A program made the position numbers and the translations under genes. A DNA stretch of 64,000 bases, from NCBI RefSeq assembly GCF_009914755.1, contig NC_060931.1, one strand, 5' to 3'. The stretch is from the human T2T-CHM13v2.0 reference genome, Homo sapiens. Position 1 is the first letter of the stretch. Every line of letters starts with the position of its first letter. Under the pieces are notes generated by a model, which saw only the letters and a program-made list of their open reading frames with translations, searched no databases and had not been told where the DNA came from. This document shows positions 14,290 to 24,960 of the stretch, in pieces.

Positions 14290-14706
14290 GTGAGAGAGGC
14301 CAGTGTGAGGCAGGGCCTCACGCTGACCTCCCTCAGCGTTAGAGAGGCCAGTGTGAGGCAGGGCCTCACGCTGACCTCCCTCAGCGTGAGAGAGGCCAGT
14401 GTGAGGCAGGGCCACACGCTGACCTGCCTCAGCGTGAGAGAGGCCAGTGTGAGGCAGGGGCTCACGCTGACCTCCCTCAGCGTTAGAGAGGCCAGTGTGA
14501 GGCAGGGCCTCACGCTGACCTCCCTCAGCGTGAGAGAGGCCAGTGTGAGGCAGGGCCACACGCTGACCTCCCTCAGCGTGAGAGAGGCCAGTGTGAGGCA
14601 GGGGCTCACGCTGACCTCCCTCAGCGTGAGAGAGGCCAGTGTGAGGCAGGGGCTCACGCTGACCTCCCTCAGCGTGAGAGAGGCCAATGTGAGGCAGGGG
14701 CTCACG
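14290..14706. repeat. Expanded 48-bp VNTR, 9 copies (unit 8)
   Basis: Unit length 1982 = 1838 + 3x48. The ORF translation shows nine EAxVRQG repeats. Confidence 0.95.
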
Positions 14707-17700
14707 CCTCTTGAAAGGGTGCCAGAGGCATGAGTTGGGCCTCAACAGGCCACCGTGACGGAGGAGCTGGGCCGCACACAGGCTGCTGGGAGGCAGGCAG
14801 GGACTTGGTCCCGGGAGGCCGCCGTGAGGCCAGAGCTGGGCCTGGAGACGCCCCTGGGAGGCAAGAGCGGGGCCTGCAGAGGCTGTTCTCCAGCCAGACC
14901 TGGGCCTGTACAGGCCACCGGGAGGCAGGAGGTGGGACTGAGGAGCTTCGCTGGAGAAAGTTCAGGGTCTACAAAAGCCGGCGGGAGCTGGGCAGGAGCT
15001 GAGCCAAAAGAGCTTGCTTGCTGGGAGGCCAGAACTGGGCCTGGAGAGGCTGACTTCAGGACCACTTGAGCCTGCAGAGGCCGCCGGGAGGCCCAAGCTG
15101 GGCCTGGAGAAGCCCACCGACCCGAGGCCATTTGGGGCCTGGAGACGCCGTCGGAGGGCAGGAGCTGAGCTTGGAGAGGCCGCCGTGAGGCCTGAGCTGG
15201 GCCCGGGGAGCTTGGCTTCAGGAAGCTGTGGCACGACCAAGGCCACCAGGAGCTGGGTAGGCACTGAGTCCAAAGAGGTTGTTGGGAGGCAGGAGTCGGG
15301 CCTGTAGACGCAGCCGGGAGGAAGAGCTGGGCCCGGAGAGGACGCCGGGAGGCTGCAAGTGGGTCTGGAGAGGCCGACTTGAGGAGCTTCTGGGCCCGGA
15401 GAGGCCGCCGGAAGGGAAAAACTGGGCCTGGAAAGGCCGTTGTGAGGAATGAGCCCCATGGGCCTGAAGAGGCCACTGGCAGGCGGGAGCTGGGCCTGCG
15501 GAAGCGGCGGAGAGGCCGGAGCTTTGGACTAGGGAGGCCGCAGGCGAGAGCGAGCTGGGCGTGGAGAGTCCGCTGTGAGGCAGAGGCTGGGCCTGTGCAA
15601 GCTGTCGGGAGGCAGGAGGCCAGGCCTGCAGAGGCCGACTAGAGGTCAAGTTCGGGGCCTGCAGAGGCCGCGGAAAGTCAAAAGCGGGGCCTGGGAAGGC
15701 CGCCGGGAGGCATGAGCTGGGCTGGGCTGAAAGAGGCCACTGGGAGACAGGAGGAGCTGGACCTGGAGAGACGGACTCGAGGAAGTTTTGCACCTGGAGA
15801 GGCCACCGAGAGGCCGGAGCTGGGCCTGGGGAGGCTGACTTGAGGACGACTTGGGCCTGCAGAGTCTGCCGGGAGGCAGGAGCTGTCCCTGGACAGGCCT
15901 ACTTGACGACAGTCTGGTCCCGCAGAGGCTGCCGGGAGGAAGAGCTGGGCCTGGAGAGGCCGACTGCAGGAAGTGCAGGACCTGGAGCCCATGCAAAGGA
16001 GCAAACGCCAGGCCGGGAGAGGCCGCCCTGACACATGAGCTTGGCCTCCGGAGGGCCGTGAGGCAGGAGCTGGGCCTGCGGGGGCCGCCCCAAGGCGGGA
16101 GCCTGGTCCGAGGAGGCCACGGCGAGGCAAGAGGTGGGCGTGGAGGGCCCACGGTTGAGGTAGAGGCTGGGCCTCTAGAGGCCGCCAACAGGCAGGGGCT
16201 GGGCCTGGAGAAGCCAACAGAGGCATGAACTGGGCCTCAACAGGCCAGCGTGAGGGAGGACTTCTCTCAGCGTGAGAGAGGCCAGTGTGAGGCAGGGCCT
16301 CACGCTGACCTCCCTCAGCGTTAGAGAGGCCAGTGTGAGGCAGGGCCTCACGCTGACCTCCCTCAGCGTGAGAGAGGCCAGTGTGAGGCAGGGCCACACG
16401 CTGACCTGCCTCAGCGTGAGAGAGGCCAGTGTGAGGCAGGGGCTCACGCTGACCTCCCTCAGCGTGAGAGAGGCCAGTGTGAGGCAGGGGCTCACGCTGA
16501 CCTCCCTCAGCGTGAGAGAGGCCAATGTGAGGCAGGGGCTCACGCCTCTCGAAAGGGTGCCAGAGGCATGAGTTGGGCCTGAACAGGCCACCGTGACGGA
16601 GGAGCTGGGCCGCACACAGGCTGCTGGGAGGCAGGCAGGGACTTGGTCCCGGGAGGCCGCCGTGAGGCCAGAGCTGGGCCTGGAGACGCCCCTGGGAGGC
16701 AAGAGCGGGGCCTGCAGAGGCTGTTCTCCAGCCAGACCTGGGCCTGTACAGGCCACCGGGAGGCAGGAGGTGGGACTGAGGAGCTTCGCTGGAGAAAGTT
16801 CAGGGTCTACAAAAGCCGGCGGGAGCTGGGCAGGAGCTGAGCAGGAGCTGAGCCAAAAGAGCTTGCTTGCTGGGAGGCCGGAACTGGGCCTGGAGAGGCT
16901 GACTTCAGGACCACTTGAGCCTGCAGAGGCCGCCGGGAGGCCCAAGCTGGGCCTGGAGAAGCCCACCGACCCGAGGCCATTTGGGGCCTGGAGACGCCGT
17001 CGGAGGGCAGGAGCTGAGCCTGGAGAGGCCACCGTGAGGCCTGAGCTGGGCCTGGGGAGCTTGGCTTCAGGAAGCTGTGGGCCGACCAAGGCCACCAGGA
17101 GCTGGGCAGGCAGAGTCCAAAGAGGTTGTTGGGAGGCAGGAGTCGGGCCTGCAGACGCAGCCGGGAGGAAGAGCTGGGCCCGGAGAGGACGCCGGGAGGC
17201 TGCAAGTGGGTCTGGAGAGGCCGACTTGAGGAGCTTCTGGGCCCGGAGAGGCCGCCGGAAGGGAAAAACTGGGCCTGGAAAGGCCGTTGTGAGGAATGAG
17301 CCCCATGGGCCTGAAGAGGCCACTGGCAGGCGGGAGCTGGGCCTGCCGAAGCGGCGGAGAGGCCGGAGCTTTGGACTCGGGAGGCCGCAGGCGAGAGCGA
17401 GCTGGGCGTGGAGAGTCCGCTGTGAGGCAGAGGATGGGCCTGTGCAAGCTTTCGGGAGGCAGGAGACCAGGCCTGCAGAGGCCGACTGGAGGTCAATTTC
17501 GGGGCCTGCAGAGGTCGCGGAAAGTCAAAAGCGGGGCCTGGGAAGGTCGCCGGGAGGCATGAGCTGGGCTGGGCTGAAAGAGGCCACTGGGAGACAGGAG
17601 GAGCTGGACCTGGAGAGACGGACTCGAGGAACTTTTGCACCTGGAGAGGCCGCCGAGAGGCCGGAGCTGGGCCTGGGGAGGCTGACTTGAGGACGACTTG

Positions 17701-20700
17701 GGCCTGCAGAGTCTGCCGGGAGGCAGGAGCTGTCCCTGGACAGGCCTACTTGACGACAGTCTGGTCCTGCAGAGGCTGCCGGGAGGAAGCGCTGGGCCTG
17801 GAGAGGCCGACTGGAGGAAGTGCAGGACCTGGAGCCCATGCAAAGGAGCAAACGCCAGGCCGGGAGAGGCCGCTCTGACGCATGAGCTTGGCCTCCGGAG
17901 GGCCGTGAGGCAGGAGCTGGGCCTGCGGGGGCCGCCCCAAGGCGGGAGCCTGGCCCGAGGACGCCACGGCAAGGCAACAGGTGGGCGTGGAGGGCCCACT
18001 GTTGAGGTAGAGGCTGGGCCTCTAGAGGCCGCCAACAGGCAGGGGCTGGGCCTGGAGAAGCCAACAGAGGCATGAACTGGGCCTCAACAGGCCAGCGTGA
18101 GGGAGGACTTCCCTCAGCGTGAGAGAGGCCACTGTGAGGCAGGGCCTCACGCTGACGTCCCTCAGCGTGAGAGAGGCCAGTGTGAGGCAGGGCCTCACGC
18201 TGACCTCCCTCAGCGTTAGAGAGGCCACTGTGAGGCAGGGGCTCACGATGACCTCCCTCAGCGTGAGAGAGGCCAATGTGAGGCAGGGGCTCACGCCTCT
18301 CGAAAGGGTGCCAGAGGCATGAGTTGGGCCTCAACAGGCCACCGTGACGGAGGAGCTGGGCCGCACACAGGCTGCTGGGAGGCAGGCAGGGACTTGGTCC
18401 CGGGAGGCCGCCGTGAGGCCAGAGCTGGGCCTGGAGACGCCCCTGGGAGGCAAGAGCGGGGCCTGCAGAGGCTGTTCTCCAGCCAGACCTGGGCCTGTAC
18501 AGGCCACCGGGAGGCAGGAGGTGGGACTGAGGAGCTTCGCTGGAGAAAGTTCAGGGTCTACAAAAGCCGGCGGGAGCTGGGCAGGAGCTGAGCCAAAAGA
18601 GCTTGCTTGCTGGGAGGCCGGAGCTGGGCCTGGAGAGGCTGACTTCAGGACCACTTGGGCCTGCAGAGGCCGCCGGGAGGCCCAACCTGGGCCTGGAGAA
18701 GCCCACCGACCGGAGGCCATTTGGGGCTTGGAGACGCCGTCAGAGGGCAGGAGCTGAGCCTGGAGAGGCCACCGTGAGGCCTGAGCTGGGCCTGGGGAGC
18801 TTGGCTTGAGGAAGCTGTGGGCCGACCAAGGCCACCAGGAGCTGGGCAGGCACTGAGTCCAAAGAGGTTGTTGGGAGGCAGGAGTCGGGCCTGCAGATGC
18901 AGCCGGGAGGAAGAGCTGGGCCCGGAGAGGACGCCGGGAGGCTACAAGTGGGTCTGGAGAGGCCGACTTGAGGAGCTTCTGGGCCCGGAGAGGCCGCCGG
19001 AAGGGAAAAACTGGGCCTGGAAAGGCCGTTGTGAGGAATGAGCCCCATGGGCCTGAAGAGGCCACTGGCAGGCGGGAGCTGGGCCTGCCGAAGCGGCGGA
19101 GAGGCCGGAGCTTTGGACTCGGGAGGCCGCAGGCGAGAGCGAGCTGGGCGTGGAGAGTCCGCTGTGAGGCAGAGGATGGGCCTGTGCAAGCTTTCGGGAG
19201 GCAGGAGGCCAGGCCTGCAGAGGCCGAATGGAAGTCAAGTTCGGGGCCTGCAGAGGCCGCGGAAAGTCAAAAGCGGGGCCTGGGAAGGCCGCCGGGAGGC
19301 ATGAGCTGGGCTGGGCTGAAAGAGGCCACTGGGAGACAGGAGGAGCTGGACCTGGAGAGACGGACTCGAGGAAGTTTTGCACCTGGAGAGGCCGCCGAGA
19401 GGCCGGAGCTGGGCCTGGGGAGGCTGACTTGAGGACGACTTGGGCCTGCAGAGTCTGCCGGGAGGCAGGAGCTGTCCCTGGACAGGCCTACTTGACGACA
19501 GTCTGGTCCCGCAGAGGCTGCCGGGAGGAAGAGCTGGGCCTGGAGAGGCCGACTGGAGGAAGTGCAGGACCTGGAGCCCATGCAAAGGAGCAAACGCCAG
19601 GCCGGGAGAGGCCGCCCTGACGCATGAGCTTGGCCTCCGGAGGGCCGTGAGGCAGGAGCTGGGCCTGCGGGGGCCGCCCCAAGGCGGGAGCCTGGTCCGA
19701 GGAGGCCACGGCGAGGCAAGAGGTGGGCGTGGAGGGCCCACTCTTGAGGTAGAGGCTGGGCCTCTAGAGGCCGCCAACAGGTAGGGGCTGGGCCTGGAGA
19801 AGCCAACAGAGGCATGAACTGGGCCTCAACAGGCCAGCGTGAGGGAGGACTTCTCTCAGCGTGAGAGAGGCCACTGTGAGGCAGGGCCTCACGCTGACCT
19901 CCCTCAGCGTTAGAGAGGCCAGTGTGAGGCAGGGCCTCACGCTGACCTCCCTCAGCATGAGAGAGGCCAGTGTGAGGCAGGGCCACATGCTGACCTCCCT
20001 CAGCGTGAGACAGGCCAGTGTGAGGCAGGGGCTCACGCTGACCTCCCTCAGCGTGAGAGAGGCCAGTGTGAGGCAGGGGCTCAAGCTGACCTCCCTCAGC
20101 GTGAGAGAGGCCAGTGTGAGGCAGGGGCTCACGCCTCTCGAAAGGGTGCCAGAGGCATGAGTTGGGCGTCAACAGGCCACCGTGACGGAGGAGCTGGGCT
20201 GCACACAGGCCGCTGGGAGGCAGGCAGGGACTTGGTCCCGGGAGGCCGCCGTGAGGCCAGAGCTGGGCCTGGAGATGCCCCTGGGAGGCAACAGCGGGGC
20301 CTGCAGAGGCTGTTCTCCAGCCAGACCTGGGCCTGTACAGGCCACCGGGAGGCAGGAGGTGGGACTGAGGAGCTTCGCTGGAGAAAGTTCAGGGTCTACA
20401 AAAGCCGGTGGGAGCTGGGCAGGAGCTGAGCAGGAGCTGAGCCAAAAGAGCTTGCTTGCTGGGAGGCCGGAACTGGGCCTGGAGAGGCTGACTTCAGGAC
20501 CACTTGAGCCTGCAGAGGCCGCCGGGAGGCCCAAGCTGGGCCTGGAGAAGCCCACCGACCCGAGGCCATTTGGGGCCTGGAGACGCCGTCGGAGGGCAGG
20601 AGCTGAGCCTGGAGAGGCCACCGTGAGGCCTGAGCTGGGCCTGGGGTGCTTGGCTTCAGGAAGCTGTGGGCCGACCAAGGCCACCAGGAGCTGGGCAGGC

Positions 20701-23700
20701 AGAGTCCAAAGAGGTTGTTGGAGGCAGGAGTCGGGCCTGCAGACGCAGCCGGGAGGAAGAGCTGGGCCCGGAGAGGACGCCGGGAGGCTGCAAGTGGGTC
20801 TGGAGAGGCCGACTTGAGGAGCTTCTGGGCCCGGAGAGGCCGCCGGAAGGGAAAAACTGGGCCTGGAAAGGCCGTTGTGAGGAATGAGCCCCATGGGCCT
20901 GAAGAGGCCACTGGCAGGCGGGAGCTGGGCCTGCCGAAGCGGCGGAGAGGCCGGAGCTTTGGATTCGGGAGGCCGCAGGCGAGAGCGAGCTGGGCGTGGA
21001 GAGTCCGCTGTGAGGCAGAGGATGGGCCTGTGCAAGCTTTCGGGAGGCAGGAGACCAGGCCTGCAGAGGCCGACTGGAGGTCAATTTCGGGGCCTGCAGA
21101 GGTCGCGGAAAGTCAAAAGCGGGGCCTGGGAAGGTCGCCGGGAGGCATGAGCTGGGCTGGGCTGAAAGAGGCCACTGGGAGACAGGAGGAGCTGGACCTG
21201 GAGAGACGGACTCGAGGAACTTTTGCACCTGGAGAGGCCGCCGAGAGGCCGGAGCTGGGCCTGGGGAGGCTGACTTGAGGACGACTTGGGCCTGCAGAGT
21301 CTGCCGGGAGGCAGGAGCTGTCCCTGGACAGGCCTACTTGACGACAGTCTGGTCCTGCAGAGGCTGCCGGGAGGAAGCGCTGGGCCTGGAGAGGCCGACT
21401 GGAGGAAGTGCAGGACCTGGAGCCCATGCAAAGGAGCAAACGCCAGGCCGGGAGAGGCCGCTCTGACGCATGAGCTTGGCCTCCGGAGGGCCGTGAGGCA
21501 GGAGCTGGGCCTGCGGGGGCCGCCCCAAGGCGGGAGCCTGGCCCGAGGACGCCACGGCAAGGCAACAGGTGGGCGTGGAGGGCCCACTGTTGAGGTAGAG
21601 GCTGGGCCTCTAGAGGCCGCCAACAGGCAGGGGCTGGGCCTGGAGAAGCCAACAGAGGCATGAACTGGGCCTCAACAGGCCAGCGTGAGGGAGGACTTCC
21701 CTCAGCGTGAGAGAGGCCACTGTGAGGCAGGGCCTCACGCTGACCTCCCTCAGCGTGAGAGAGGCCAGTGTGAGGCAGGGCCTCACGCTGACCTCCCTCA
21801 GCGTTAGAGAGGCCACTGTGAGGCAGGGGCTCACGATGACCTCCCTCAGCGTGAGAGAGGCCAATGTGAGGCAGGGGCTCACGCCTCTCGAAAGGGTGCC
21901 AGAGGCATGAGTTGGGCCTCAACAGGCCACCGTGACGGAGGAGCTGGGCCGCACACAGGCTGCTGGGAGGCAGGCAGGGACTTGGTCCCGGGAGGCCGCC
22001 GTGAGGCCAGAGCTGGGCCTGGAGACGCCCCTGGGAGGCAAGAGCGGGGCCTGCAGAGGCTGTTCTCCAGCCAGACCTGGGCCTGTACAGGCCACCGGGA
22101 GGCAGGAGGTGGGACTGAGGAGCTTCGCTGGAGAAAGTTCAGGGTCTACAAAAGCCGGCGGGAGCTGGGCAGGAGCTGAGCCAAAAGAGCTTGCTTGCTG
22201 GGAGGCCGGAGCTGGGCCTGGAGAGGCTGACTTCAGGACCACTTGGGCCTGCAGAGGCCGCCGGGAGGCCCAACCTGGGCCTGGAGAAGCCCACCGACCG
22301 GAGGCCATTTGGGGCTTGGAGACGCCGTCAGAGGGCAGGAGCTGAGCCTGGAGAGGCCACCGTGAGGCCTGAGCTGGGCCTGGGGAGCTTGGCTTGAGGA
22401 AGCTGTGGGCCGACCAAGGCCACCAGGAGCTGGGCAGGCACTGAGTCCAAAGAGGTTGTTGGGAGGCAGGAGTCGGGCCTGCAGATGCAGCCGGGAGGAA
22501 GAGCTGGGCCCGGAGAGGACGCCGGGAGGCTACAAGTGGGTCTGGAGAGGCCGACTTGAGGAGCTTCTGGGCCCGGAGAGGCCGCCGGAAGGGAAAAACT
22601 GGGCCTGGAAAGGCCGTTGTGAGGAATGAGCCCCATGGGCCTGAAGAGGCCACTGGCAGGCGGGAGCTGGGCCTGCCGAAGCGGCGGAGAGGCCGGAGCT
22701 TTGGACTCGGGAGGCCGCAGGCGAGAGCGAGCTGGGCGTGGAGAGTCCGCTGTGAGGCAGAGGATGGGCCTGTGCAAGCTTTCGGGAGGCAGGAGGCCAG
22801 GCCTGCAGAGGCCGAATGGAAGTCAAGTTCGGGGCCTGCAGAGGCCGCGGAAAGTCAAAAGCGGGGCCTGGGAAGGCCGCCGGGAGGCATGAGCTGGGCT
22901 GGGCTGAAAGAGGCCACTGGGAGACAGGAGGAGCTGGACCTGGAGAGACGGACTCGAGGAACTTTTGCACCTGGAGAGGCCGCCGAGAGGCCGGAGCTGG
23001 GCCTGGGGAGGCTGACTTGAGGACGACTTGGGCCTGCAGAGTCTGCCGGGAGGCAGGAGCTGTCCCTGGACAGGCCTACTTGACGACAGTCTGGTCCCGC
23101 AGAGGCTGCCGGGAGGAAGAGCTGGGCCTGGAGAGGCCGACTGGAGGAAGTGCAGGACCTGGAGCCCATGCAAAGGAGCAAACGCCAGGCCGGGAGAGGC
23201 CGCCCTGACGCATGAGCTTGGCCTCCGGAGGGCCGTGAGGCAGGAGCTGGGCCTGCGGGGGCCGCCCCAAGGCGGGAGCCTGGTCCGAGGAGGCCACGGC
23301 GAGGCAAGAGGTGGGCGTGGAGGGCCCACTCTTGAGGTAGAGGCTGGGCCTCTAGAGGGCGCCAACAGGCAGGGGCTGGGCCTGGAGAAGCCAACAGAGG
23401 CATGAACTGGGCCTCAACAGGCCAGCGTGAGGGAGGACTTCTCTCAGCGTGAGAGAGGCCACTGTGAGGCAGGGCCTCACGCTGACCTCCCTCAGCGTGA
23501 GAGAGGCCAGTGTGAGGCAGGGCCTCACGCTGACCTCCCTCAGCGTGAGAGAGGCCAGTGTGAGGCAGGGCCACACGCTGACCTCCCTCAGCGTGAGACA
23601 GGCCAGTGTGAGGCAGGGGCTCACGCTGACCTCCCTCAGCGTGAGAGAGGCCAGTGTGAGGCAGGGGCTCAAGCTGACCTCCCTCAGCGTGAGAGAGGCC

Positions 23701-24960
23701 AGTGTGAGGCAGGGGCTCACGCCTCTCGAAAGGGTGCCAGAGGCATGAGTTGGGCGTCAACAGGCCACCGTGACGGAGGAGCTGGGCCGCACACAGGCCG
23801 CTGGGAGGCAGGCAGGGACTTCGTCCCGGGAGGCCGCCGTGAGGCCAGAGCTGGGCCTGGAGATGCCCCTGCGAGGCAAGAGCGGGGCCTGCAGAGGCTG
23901 TTCTCCAGCCAGACCTGGGCCTGTACAGGCCACCGGGAGGCAGGAGGTGGGACTGAGGAGCTTCGCTGGAGAAAGTTCAGGGTCTACAAAAGCCGGCGGG
24001 AGCTGGGCAGGAGCTGAGCCAAAAGAGCTTGCTTGCTGGGAGGCCGGAGCTGGGCCTGGAGAGGCTGACTTCAGGACCACTTGAGCCTGCAGAGGCCGCC
24101 GGGAGGCCCAAGCTGGGCCTGGAGAAGCCCACCGACCCGAGGCCATTTGGGGCCTGGAGACGCCGTCGGAGGGCAGGAGGTGAGCCTGGAGAGGCCACCG
24201 TGAGGCCTGAGCTGGGCCCGGGGAGCTTGGCTTCAGGAAGCTGTGGGCCGACCAAGGCCACCAGGAGCTGGGCAGGCACTGAGTCCAAAGAGGTTGTTGG
24301 GAGGCAGGAGTCGGGCCTGTAGATGTAGCCAGGAGGAAGAGCTGGGCCCGAAGAGGACGCCGGGAGGCTGCAAGTGGGTCTGGAGAGGCCGACTTGAGGA
24401 GCTTCTGGGCCCGGAGAGGCCGCCGGAAGGGAAAAACTGGGCCTGGAAAGGCCGTTGTGAGGAATGAGCCCCATGGGGCTGAAGAGGCCACTGGCAGGCG
24501 GCAGTTGAGCCTGCCGAAGCGGCGGAGAGGCCGGAGCTTTGGACTCGGGAGGCCGCAGTGAGGCGAGAGCGAGCTGGGCGTGGAGAGTCCGCTGTGAGGC
24601 AGAGGCTGGGCCTGTGCAAGCCTTCGGGAGGCAGGAGGCCGGGCCTGGAGAGGCCGACTGGAGGTCAAGTTCGGGACCTGCAGAGGCTGCGGAAAGTCAA
24701 AAGCGGGGCCTGGGAAGGCAGCCGGGAGGCATGAGCTGGCCTGGGCTGAAAGAGGCCACTGGGAGACAGGAGGAGCTGGGCCTGGAGAGACGGTCTCGAG
24801 GAAGTTTTGCACTTGGAGTGGCCGCCAAGAGGCCAGAGCTGGGCCTGGGGAGGCTGACTGGAGGACGAATTGGGCCTACAGAGGCCACCGGGAGGCAGGA
24901 GCTGTCCCTGGACAGGCCTACTTGACAACAGTCTGGTCCTGCAGAGGCTGCCGGGAGGAA

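Larger units (their letters stand above)
1..24960. repeat. GC/CpG-rich ~1.8-kb tandem macrosatellite (higher-order repeat of a ~32-bp monomer), 13 full units + partial 14th; continues beyond the 5' edge
   Basis: The landmark CGCCTCT(C/T)GAAAGGGTGCCAGAGGCATGAGTTGGG marks unit starts at about 1, 1791, 3629, 5467, 7305, 9143, 10885, 12723, 14705, 16543, 18294, 20132, 21882, 23720. Unit lengths are 1790, 1838, 1838, 1838, 1838, 1742, 1838, 1982, 1838, 1751, 1838, 1750, 1838. The ORF track repeats with the same period. Confidence 0.97.

Noticed and set aside
1-24960. Identity with D4Z4, 5S/rDNA arrays, SVA VNTR or a true immunoglobulin switch region
   Set aside because: No DUX homeobox, RNA gene, SVA hexamer/SINE-R or Ig exons are seen. 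I could not match it to SST1/NBL2 from memory either; a Dfam search is needed to exclude a named family.
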